NCBI GenBank assembly: GCA_963841915.1
Contig: CAWJEN010000006.1
Coordinates: 1,312,001 to 1,376,000, forward strand
Source of the DNA: an uncultured Planctomycetota bacterium
GTDB taxonomy: Bacteria; Planctomycetota; Phycisphaerae; Tepidisphaerales; Tepidisphaeraceae
DNA: 64,000 nt
Reading direction: 5' to 3'
The position numbers were made by a program, and so were the translations under genes. Below, one piece after another: positions 56,897-64,000 of the stretch (within the stretch, counting starts at the first letter, position 1; every line of letters begins with the position of its first letter). The notes beneath the pieces are model-generated. The model was given only the letters and a program-made list of their open reading frames with translations, had not been told where the DNA came from and searched no databases.

Positions 56897-58615
56897 TTAG
56901 CGGCTTGTATTCAGCAATTCGGTCATGAGTTCATCGCTCGTCGAGATGACGCGGCTGGCGGCGCTGAAGCCGGTGGAGGCGATGATGAGGTTGATGAACT
57001 CGTTGCTGAGGTCGACGTTGCTCAGCTCCAGGGCACCGCTGCGGATGCCACCGGCAAGACCCTCCAGTGGCGAGCCGACGCGGGGTTCGCCCGAGTTGGA
57101 GCCGACGCCGTACAGGTTCGAGCCGTTATCCTGTAAGCCTTGTGGGTTGTCGAACGAAGCCATGGCAACTTGTCCGAGTCGACCGGTCAGGCCGTTGTCG
57201 AAGGTGCCGGTGATGGAGCCGTCCTGACCGATGCCGAAGCCGACGAGCGTGCCGATCTTCGTACCGTCCTGCTGGGCGAAGAACTCGCTGTCGGTGCTGG
57301 CAAGGCTGGTGACCTTCTCAAAGTCGAGGGCGATGTCGACGTTGGGCTCGGCACCGGTGCCGGTCCGGTTGACGGTGAGGGTCCCGTTGTTGGCGATGAT
57401 GAGGCGACCGTTCGTGTCAAATTCGACGGTACCGGTGCCGACGATTTGGCCCGCACTGCCGGGCGTGAATTGGGCGTAGTCGGTGTCGTCGGCGCTGGTG
57501 GCGATAAACCGCCAGTTCGTGCCGGCGTCGCTCTTGGACTCGAGATTCATCGTGACGTCGACCCGCATCGGGACGCCCAGCGAGTCGTAGGCGAGCATCG
57601 ACGTGTGGATCGTCTCACCGGTCGGATCATCCGCCACGCCACCAGCGGTCGTGCCGGCACTGAAGTTGAAGAGCGGCACGCCGTTGACGGTGAGGTCGCT
57701 GCCTTCGATGCTGACGGCGTTGCCTGCGCCGGTGTTGCCGACGACGACGAGTTGGCTGCCGGTGGTCGGGCCAGCCTTGAGCTGGCCGCCGCTGATGGCA
57801 CCGCTGGGCTGGGCAAGGCCACCGGCCACGCCAAGGCCCTGGGTCATGAAGTCGTTGAGGTCTGCGATGGTGGTCGCGGCGGTGACTTCGAGGGAGCTGG
57901 CCGTCTGCCGCCTGCCGCCGCGTGAACCTTCGAGCTCGATCACGTCACCGACGGCGAACATGGGCACAGCCGCGGCGTCGGTCACAGCCGTCAGCTGCGT
58001 CGCCGGTGTGACTGGGCCGCCACCGGAGAACAGCTCGGCAGAGGAGTTGATGACACTGGCCCCGCTGGCGATGTCACCGCCGGCGTTGAGGTTACCGCTC
58101 ATGAACGCGTTGCGGGTCGCCTCTGCCTTGGTGAGTCCGCCGATCGGGATGACGACGTCCTGAAGCTGTCCTGCGATGACGTTTTCTTCTTCGTCGACGC
58201 CGAAGCCCTGGACGTAGTTGCCGTCGCTGGTGACGAGCGCGTTTCGCGAGTCGAGGCTGAACGAGCCGTCGCGGGTGTACATCTGCTCCTGGCCGCGGAC
58301 GATGAAGAAGCCTTCACCGTCGACGGCAAGGTCGGTGGGTCGGCCGGTGGGCTCAATGGAGCCGGCGGACCAGTCTTTTTCGATGGATCCGACGGCAGCA
58401 CCGAGGCCGCGCTGGTCGGGGTTGCTGCCGCCCGCTTCGCCGCTCGGCGGACTGCCGCCGGAGTCGGTCACGTAAAACTGCGGCTTGAACAGCGCTCGGC
58501 TGCCCTTGAAGCCGACGGTGTTGACGTTGGCGATGTTGTTACCGACGACGTTGAGGCGCGTCTGGTTGACGTCGAGCCCGCTGAGGCCGGTGAAGAGCGT
58601 GGAGGTCAGTGCCAT
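56897..58615 (-). CDS. flgE: flagellar hook protein FlgE
   Basis: LSGL...Q..LNVVGNNIANVNTVGFK, TGRPTDLAVDGEGFF, YTRDGSF, GALELSNVDLSNEF. Confidence 0.97.
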   Translation of the reverse strand: MALTSTLFTGLSGLDVNQTRLNVVGNNIANVNTVGFKGSRALFKPQFYVTDSGGSPPSGEAGGSNPDQRGLGAAVGSIEKDWSAGSIEPTGRPTDLAVDGEGFFIVRGQEQMYTRDGSFSLDSRNALVTSDGNYVQGFGVDEEENVIAGQLQDVVIPIGGLTKAEATRNAFMSGNLNAGGDIASGASVINSSAELFSGGGPVTPATQLTAVTDAAAVPMFAVGDVIELEGSRGGRRQTASSLEVTAATTIADLNDFMTQGLGVAGGLAQPSGAISGGQLKAGPTTGSQLVVVGNTGAGNAVSIEGSDLTVNGVPLFNFSAGTTAGGVADDPTGETIHTSMLAYDSLGVPMRVDVTMNLESKSDAGTNWRFIATSADDTDYAQFTPGSAGQIVGTGTVEFDTNGRLIIANNGTLTVNRTGTGAEPNVDIALDFEKVTSLASTDSEFFAQQDGTKIGTLVGFGIGQDGSITGTFDNGLTGRLGQVAMASFDNPQGLQDNGSNLYGVGSNSGEPRVGSPLEGLAGGIRSGALELSNVDLSNEFINLIIASTGFSAASRVISTSDELMTELLNTSR

Positions 58616-58669
58616 AAGATGCTGTTTCGGGAGGGTGCGCGATGCTTCAGAGGGACGACGAGTTGTCGC

Positions 58670-59092
58670 TCAGGCGGGGTCTTTGATCTGCGTGACATTG
58701 GTCAGATCGACGCGGTGACCGGTATCGAGCTCGAGCTTGACGTCGTCGCCCTCGACCTGGATGGAGGTGACGGTGCCGGTGAGGTCCGCCGTCTCGCCGC
58801 CGAAGGTGCCAAGGGCGGTCACCTCTTTACCGATGAGGTTGCCGGCCGCTCCGAGGTTGTTCTGCAGGACCATCGTCGTCAGCGACTTCTGGAGCTGCGT
58901 CGAGCTTTCGAGCTGACCGATCTGACTCATCTGGCTGAGCAGTTGCTCGTTCTTGGCCGGCTCCATCGGGTCCTGGTTCTGCAACTGCGTGACCATGAGG
59001 TTGATGAAGTCCCCGGTGTCGAGCTTGAAGTTCGATGTCGGGGCCGAGGCCGGCGTGGCGGCGGAACCTGCTGCGCTGGTGGGCGAGATCAT
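58670..59092 (-). CDS. flgD: flagellar hook capping protein FlgD
   Basis: DFINLMVTQLQNQDPMEP..NEQLLSQMSQ. Confidence 0.96.
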   Translation of the reverse strand: MISPTSAAGSAATPASAPTSNFKLDTGDFINLMVTQLQNQDPMEPAKNEQLLSQMSQIGQLESSTQLQKSLTTMVLQNNLGAAGNLIGKEVTALGTFGGETADLTGTVTSIQVEGDDVKLELDTGHRVDLTNVTQIKDPA

Positions 59093-59191
59093 GTCCGTCT
59101 TATCGGTCGCGACTCGCCGAGTTGTCCAATAAAGCAGCGGTTTCTTCCTCGTTCCCGCACGAACGCGACCTCGGGCACGCGCGCACGAAAA

Positions 59192-59216
59192 CGCTGTCGC
59201 ACGCCGTGCGACAGCG
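59192..59216. other. short perfect hairpin in the fliK-flgD intergenic region
   Basis: CGCTGTCGCAC-gcc-GTGCGACAGCG. Confidence 0.6.
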
Positions 59217-59240
59217 ACCTTTGTGGCTCGTGCTGAAGGC

Positions 59241-60524
59241 CTAGGCGGCTTGACGCCACTGCCTCAGAATCGCTTCTCGTCGGGCCTGGTCTCGTTGCTG
59301 CTGGTCGGCTTGTTCGCGTCCGCCTGAGCGTCCGTCGTTCTGGCCACCGGGCTGGTCGCCGCCGCGGGCGTCGGTAGGTGCTTCGGCAGCGCCGGCCGGT
59401 GCCATGCGCGTGACGTTGATGCGGTCGACGGTGATCCCGCTGCGTTCGAGACCGGCCTTGAGCTGATCGAGGCTGCCGCGGACGAGAGAGTGGGCGACGT
59501 CGCTGCTGGTGCCGATGGAGGCGTTCGTCTCGCCTCCGCTCATGCGCACCTGAATGCGGACGCTGCCCAGCGACGGCGGGTCCAGGCGGACGGTGACAGT
59601 CTGGCCGTTGGACGATTGGCTGGTCATGACGCCGCGCTTGACGCTGGCGGCATTGAGGTCGCCCATCGCCCCGCCGTCGTCGGAGGGCGGTGTGGGCATG
59701 GCAGAGGTGGCGAGTTTCGACACGACCGGGGCAGCCTGCGTTTCGCTCGACTGGACCGAGGCGACTGTGCTCAGCGTCGGTGCGTCGACATTGCCAGGGG
59801 CTTTGACCGGATCAAGCTTGACCGTTGCCGGCTGCATCGCAGCGACTTCAGTCGTCTGCTGCGGCGTGGTCGGCGTGGCGGCACGCGTCGTCGCCGGCTG
59901 GTTGGCGGTGAGCGTTGACGGACCTTGTGCAACGTTGTCGACGGTCGCAGCGGGAATAGCTTGGCCGGCCTCGACCGGTGCAGCGGTCGGTGCGGCGACG
60001 GACGTCGGCGTCATAGCGGCGGGAGCGTCGCCGGCTGGCGCGACGGGTGCCGCTGGCGCGGGATCGGCCGTCATCGGCTGCATGGCAGCGAGTGGACCGG
60101 CTGGCGTCTCGACCGGTGCAGCCGTCGGTGTGACCGGTAGAGGATGGTCGGCCGATAGGGCGACAGCGGACGGCAAAGCTTCGGGCGTGACAGGCGTCAG
60201 TGATTGCGGCACATTTGCCTGCGGATCGAGCGTCATCACCACCGGCTGCGGCGTGAGCCCTGTCGCGTCGACCGGCTTGACCGTCGCGGCAGTGTCTTTG
60301 CCAGCTTCGGCGTCGGCTTCGACGGCAGGCTTGGCATGCGGCGATCGTTCGTCACGAGCTTCGGCTGCCTGGTCCTCATGCTTCGGCGTCGACTGCTGAC
60401 GCAGCGTGTCGTTGAACTTCGGCCGATCGTCGGCCGTGTGCGATGGTTTGACGGCGGGCTTGGCCGTCGGTGTGGCGAGCGGCGTCGACGAGCTGCGGTG
60501 ATTCAGCAGGAACGAGGAATGCAT
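59241..60524 (-). CDS. fliK: flagellar hook-length control protein FliK
   Basis: Pro/Ala/Thr-rich N-region, then VRLDPPSLGSVRIQV..LDQLKAGLERSGI. Confidence 0.92.
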   Translation of the reverse strand: MHSSFLLNHRSSSTPLATPTAKPAVKPSHTADDRPKFNDTLRQQSTPKHEDQAAEARDERSPHAKPAVEADAEAGKDTAATVKPVDATGLTPQPVVMTLDPQANVPQSLTPVTPEALPSAVALSADHPLPVTPTAAPVETPAGPLAAMQPMTADPAPAAPVAPAGDAPAAMTPTSVAAPTAAPVEAGQAIPAATVDNVAQGPSTLTANQPATTRAATPTTPQQTTEVAAMQPATVKLDPVKAPGNVDAPTLSTVASVQSSETQAAPVVSKLATSAMPTPPSDDGGAMGDLNAASVKRGVMTSQSSNGQTVTVRLDPPSLGSVRIQVRMSGGETNASIGTSSDVAHSLVRGSLDQLKAGLERSGITVDRINVTRMAPAGAAEAPTDARGGDQPGGQNDGRSGGREQADQQQRDQARREAILRQWRQAA

Positions 60525-60557
60525 GGTGTGGGTTTCGTAAAAGTTCCGCAGAATCGT

Positions 60558-61277
60558 CTAGTTCAGCTCGCCCGCGTCGCTGCTGGCCGGCTCGGCAAAG
60601 GGGTCGGCGGCGGCAAGATCGCCCGTCCGCATCATCTCCAACAGCCGCCGGACGCGTTCGGTCTCGGGACCGGCCTCAAACTCCTTGAGCACCTTGGATG
60701 CCTTACGCGGGTCCATGGCTCGCAGGAATTGCAAGGCAACTTCGTCATCAAGACCCTCAAACACGTCCTTGACCTGCCGGGCCGCCATTGCTTCGTAAAG
60801 CGTCAGGGTTTCAGCAAAACCGGCGTCTTCGGCACGATCGGCGGCGGCGGCAACGCGACGCTGCCAGTCGGCAACCGTCTCGGCGTGTGCCTTCCGCTCG
60901 GCGGCCAACGCGCCCGACGCCCGGGCCAGTTGAGCCAGTCGGTCTTCCAGCGTCCGCTTCTCACGCATCACCGACGCCAGCCGAGCATCCATCTCTCGCG
61001 AGACCGAGTCGACCCGCTCGTCGGCAGGTTTGCCCGACTGGGCGTCGAGCAACGCGTAGAGCGACTCCATGGCCGTCGGCTTGGGCGGTGTGTCGTCGAC
61101 GATCTCGAGCGGCTCTGGCTCGGCCGGCGGTGGAAACAGAACGTCCTTCACTTCTGTCAGCTTTTCACGGCTGAGATCAACTTTGGTCGCCAGCATTGCG
61201 GTTGCGACGACCAAGCCGACGAAGTTGATCGACGCGGTCACGACGAGCGCCAGGAGTAGCTTCTTGAGCAGGTTCAT
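60558..61277 (-). CDS. MotE/FlbB/YlxF-like protein (MgtE-N-like C-domain)
   Basis: N-terminal TM, coiled coil, LYEAMAARQVKDV..L...L.AMDPRKASKVL; between fliJ and fliK. Confidence 0.75.
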   Translation of the reverse strand: MNLLKKLLLALVVTASINFVGLVVATAMLATKVDLSREKLTEVKDVLFPPPAEPEPLEIVDDTPPKPTAMESLYALLDAQSGKPADERVDSVSREMDARLASVMREKRTLEDRLAQLARASGALAAERKAHAETVADWQRRVAAAADRAEDAGFAETLTLYEAMAARQVKDVFEGLDDEVALQFLRAMDPRKASKVLKEFEAGPETERVRRLLEMMRTGDLAAADPFAEPASSDAGELN

Positions 61278-61771
61278 GCGTCACCGCCTTCGGTCGAGGC
61301 GTAGGTCATGGCCTCGTCTTCGCTTGCGTGGATGCCGGCGAGCCAGCGGCTTGAAGCGTCGTCGGCTTCGGCGAGCTCCTTGCGTTCAACGCCTTCACGC
61401 CACTGCCGTTCTTGCGTCTCGCGAAGTCGCTCGATTGCGCGGCGGCGTTGGGTGCGGAGTGCCAGTCCGCGTCGCGCTTCTTCGACGGCGCGGTCGGCCA
61501 ATGTGATCTTGGCCAGCACGTCACGGCCGCGTCGGCTGACGTCGATCGTGAACCGCCGATGGGCCGACAGGTAGTTGGGGTCGAGCCTTCCCGTCAGGTG
61601 GCTGCTCCGCAGATCAAACTGCGACTTGACGAGGCTCTGGTTGAGATCGATGAGCTCCTGGCGGAGCTTGTTGCCGTCGCGTTGCTTCTCGGCCATAACG
61701 CGTCGTGCCGCCAGCTCTTCGCGCTCGCGCTGGGCGAGAACGCTTTGAAGTTTGAAGACGAAGCGGGCCAT
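61274..61771 (-). CDS. fliJ: flagellar export protein FliJ
   Basis: MARFVFKLQSVL..R..EE, coiled coil, IERLRE...E....DD. Confidence 0.9.
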   Translation of the reverse strand: MARFVFKLQSVLAQREREELAARRVMAEKQRDGNKLRQELIDLNQSLVKSQFDLRSSHLTGRLDPNYLSAHRRFTIDVSRRGRDVLAKITLADRAVEEARRGLALRTQRRRAIERLRETQERQWREGVERKELAEADDASSRWLAGIHASEDEAMTYASTEGGDA

Positions 61772-61787
61772 GACGAAGAAGCGAGAA

Positions 61788-63200
61788 TCAGGAGGCGTTT
61801 GTCTGTGCGGCGGCGATCAGGACGCGTTGCAGGTCGAAGAGTTGCTTGCGGGCAGAGGCGAGATTCGTCGGCGAATCAGGTGATTGTTTCAGGAATGACA
61901 AGACCTGGTGCCGCGTGTTGACAGCGACATCGGCCGCCCTGTTGGCGCCGGGGACGTACGCCCCGACGTTCACGAGGTCTTCGACCTCGCCGTAGTCGGC
62001 CACGACCTTTTGGATCAGGCGGGCAGCCTCTACCTGAGGTTTATCGGACACGTCGCCCCGCACGCGTGAGACGCTTCGCAGAACGTCGATCGCCGGGAAG
62101 TGACCCTTTTCGGCAAGGTGCCGGTCGAGCCAGATGTGGCCGTCGGTGATGCCTTTGACTGCGTCGGGGATGGGCTCGGAGAAGTCGTCGCCTTCGACAA
62201 GAACTGTGTAGAAACCGGTGATGGACCCGTCGCTCGTGCTGCCGGCGCGCTCGAGCAGGTCAGGCAACATGGCAAACACGCTCGGGGGAAAGCCCTTGGT
62301 CGCCGGTGGTTCGCGGGCGGCCAGGCCGATCTGACGTTGGGCCTGGCACAGGCGTGTCAGCGAGTCCATCAGAAGCAACACGTCTTGCCCTTTGTCGCGA
62401 AAGTGTTCGGCCACACAGCAGGCAGCCTTGGCGGCACGCACCTTCATCAGAGGCGGCTCATCGGCGGTGCAGACGACAACAACGCACCGTTCGAGCCCGC
62501 CTTCACCGAGGCCGACTTCAAGAAACTCACGAACCTCCCGGCCACGCTCGCCGATGAGGGCGATGACGCTGACGTCGGCGCTGGTGTGCCTGCTGACCCA
62601 GCTCATGAGGGTGCTCTTACCGACGCCTGGACCGGCAAACAGGCCCATGCGCTGGCCGTTGCCGCAGGTAAGCAACGCGTCGATCGCGCGGACGCCCGTG
62701 GTGATCGGCTCACGGACCAGCGACCGGCTCATGGGCGGAATGGGCGGTGCGTCGAGCGGGCGGATGTCGGCGACGCGTGTCGAGCCGAGCGGTCCTTTGC
62801 CGTCGATAGGCTGGCCGAAGCCGTTGATCACGCGCCCAAGCAGGCCGTCACCGCAGCGAACTCGCGGCGCGGCCGGGTCACCGACGACCGGGTCACCTAC
62901 GGAGACACCTTGAATGTCACCCAGCGGCATGAGGACGGTGCGGTTGACGCCCGATGGGTCGCGGCCGAAGCCGACCACTTGGGCGCGGCACGGTGCGTCA
63001 CCCGTGCCGGTATAGCCGTCGCTCATGCGTTCGATCCGGCAGGTCGTGCCGAGCGGAAGCGGCAGGTCAGTCGCCTCGAGCGTGAGTCCGCTGACGGCGG
63101 CGATCTGGCCGACGACACGCAACGGCATCGTGCTGGCGACGCTGCGCAAGTGCGACGGCAGCGACGAGCGGGCGGACGTGCGTTTGGCGACGGCGACCAT
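61788..63200 (-). CDS. fliI: flagellar export ATPase FliI
   Basis: GQRMGLFAGPGVGKSTL, IGERGREV, DSLTR..AQRQIGL, DGHIWL, FPAIDVL.SVSR. Confidence 0.98.
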   Translation of the reverse strand: MVAVAKRTSARSSLPSHLRSVASTMPLRVVGQIAAVSGLTLEATDLPLPLGTTCRIERMSDGYTGTGDAPCRAQVVGFGRDPSGVNRTVLMPLGDIQGVSVGDPVVGDPAAPRVRCGDGLLGRVINGFGQPIDGKGPLGSTRVADIRPLDAPPIPPMSRSLVREPITTGVRAIDALLTCGNGQRMGLFAGPGVGKSTLMSWVSRHTSADVSVIALIGERGREVREFLEVGLGEGGLERCVVVVCTADEPPLMKVRAAKAACCVAEHFRDKGQDVLLLMDSLTRLCQAQRQIGLAAREPPATKGFPPSVFAMLPDLLERAGSTSDGSITGFYTVLVEGDDFSEPIPDAVKGITDGHIWLDRHLAEKGHFPAIDVLRSVSRVRGDVSDKPQVEAARLIQKVVADYGEVEDLVNVGAYVPGANRAADVAVNTRHQVLSFLKQSPDSPTNLASARKQLFDLQRVLIAAAQTNAS

Positions 63201-63201
63201 G

Positions 63202-63900
63202 TCAATCCTCCGGAATCAGGTCGGCGGCGATCCGGTCGAGCTGCGTCTGCAGGTCGGCATCAATGAGCCCGCCTTCGGTGTACACCCGGCAGCCGCCACG
63301 GGTGACATTCGAGTCTTCAACGAGCTCGATGTGCGTCAGGGCCGGCCACTTGTGGTTGAGTTGCGGGAGCAGTGACTTGACGAGATTGAAGTCGGCCGGG
63401 TTGACGTTGAGCTTCACGTCGTGCGCGCGCATGACAAGGCGAAGCGCAGCCGTCGCGTTGGCGACGCAGACGTTGGGGTCGAAGCTGCCGGCACGCTTGA
63501 CGATTCGCTCGGCAATGGCAACGGCCAAGTGTGGGACCTCACCACCGGCGCGAGCGGCAAGCGCTTCGCGATCAGCATTGAACGTGCGCAGCGTTGCGTC
63601 GAGCTGCGTCGCCAGATCCGTCACCTTCTCCTGTGATTCGGCGTAGGCCTTGTCGCGGCCCTCGATCATGCCGGCAGCGTGACCCTCGGCGTGACCGGCT
63701 TGCGTGCCCTCGGCATAGCCCAGCTCGTAACCCTCGCGACGTGTGTCGGCAGCTTCTGTTCGAGCACGCTCGACGATGGCCGTCGCCCGGGCCTTGGCAC
63801 CCTCCAGCAGCGAAGCCGCCTCCACCTCGATGTCGGTCATCGAAAACGACCGCAGCGGGCGAATCTCCTTGGCGGCGGCGGTGGACTTCAGGACGGGCAT
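63202..63900 (-). CDS. fliH: flagellar assembly protein FliH
   Basis: GxxxG repeats (GYELGYAEGTQAGHAEGHAAG), VNPAD, GGCRVYTEGGLIDA. Confidence 0.95.
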   Translation of the reverse strand: MPVLKSTAAAKEIRPLRSFSMTDIEVEAASLLEGAKARATAIVERARTEAADTRREGYELGYAEGTQAGHAEGHAAGMIEGRDKAYAESQEKVTDLATQLDATLRTFNADREALAARAGGEVPHLAVAIAERIVKRAGSFDPNVCVANATAALRLVMRAHDVKLNVNPADFNLVKSLLPQLNHKWPALTHIELVEDSNVTRGGCRVYTEGGLIDADLQTQLDRIAADLIPED

Positions 63901-63910
63901 GGCGATCAAA

Positions 63911-63995
63911 GAGATGAGTGACGAGAGATGAGCAACGAGTAGCAGAAAGGTGAATAAGGCCGCTTTGCCTCTCGTTACTCATCTCTCGTCTCTCG
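63911..63995. repeat. hairpin built from tandem GAGATGAGTAACGA-like units (copy B)
   Basis: Left arm GAGATGAGTGACGA-GAGATGAGCAACGA; right arm GCCTCTCGTTACTCATCTCTCGTCTCTCG identical to copy A. Confidence 0.85.
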
Positions 63996-64000
63996 CCACT

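Noticed and set aside
49321..59125. Additional sigma28 promoters before flhF (49321-49349) and flgD (~59100-59125)
   Set aside because: Both have a good ACCGATAA -10 element, but the -35 element or spacing deviates from the N15 pattern, so they are not listed as features.

Overview
High-GC bacterial DNA, most consistent with a planctomycete (Phycisphaerae-like). That assignment is an inference from a dockerin+PEP-CTERM protein, the flagellar gene order and the REP types. The left half (1-31 kb) is accessory-rich and has many single-base frameshifts, probably long-read assembly errors. It holds a type II-like R-M pair, a fatty acid desaturase, an RND efflux operon, a large PEP-CTERM surface protein, a 21-bp-period tandem array and a defence island. 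The island runs PLD-SNF2 helicase, DUF4391-like, orphan, type III mod, Panacea antitoxin plus membrane partner, type III res, with a divergent HARE-HTH/GIY-YIG gene; sahR-ahcY follows. The right half has intact reading frames: MFS, a divergent flagellin-like gene, a beta-propeller protein, two parS palindromes, HlyIII, OMP, mscS, gyrB, a double-domain QueD/PTPS, AI-2E, a phage-like replication-initiator gene, and a flagellar cluster fliH..fliA lacking motAB and fliM. Three observations stand out. (i) The initiator-like gene contains a 26-bp palindrome and five 23-bp-period iteron-like repeats, near parS and gyrB. (ii) Three genes outside the flagellar cluster (two helical+FN3-like paralogues and a flagellin-like protein without D0 ends) share an identically spaced sigma28-type promoter and end in ssrA-like LAA/IAA. 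(iii) The type III R-M island carries inserted cargo genes and has a 21-bp array at its edge. All family calls come from reading motifs; no database searches were run.
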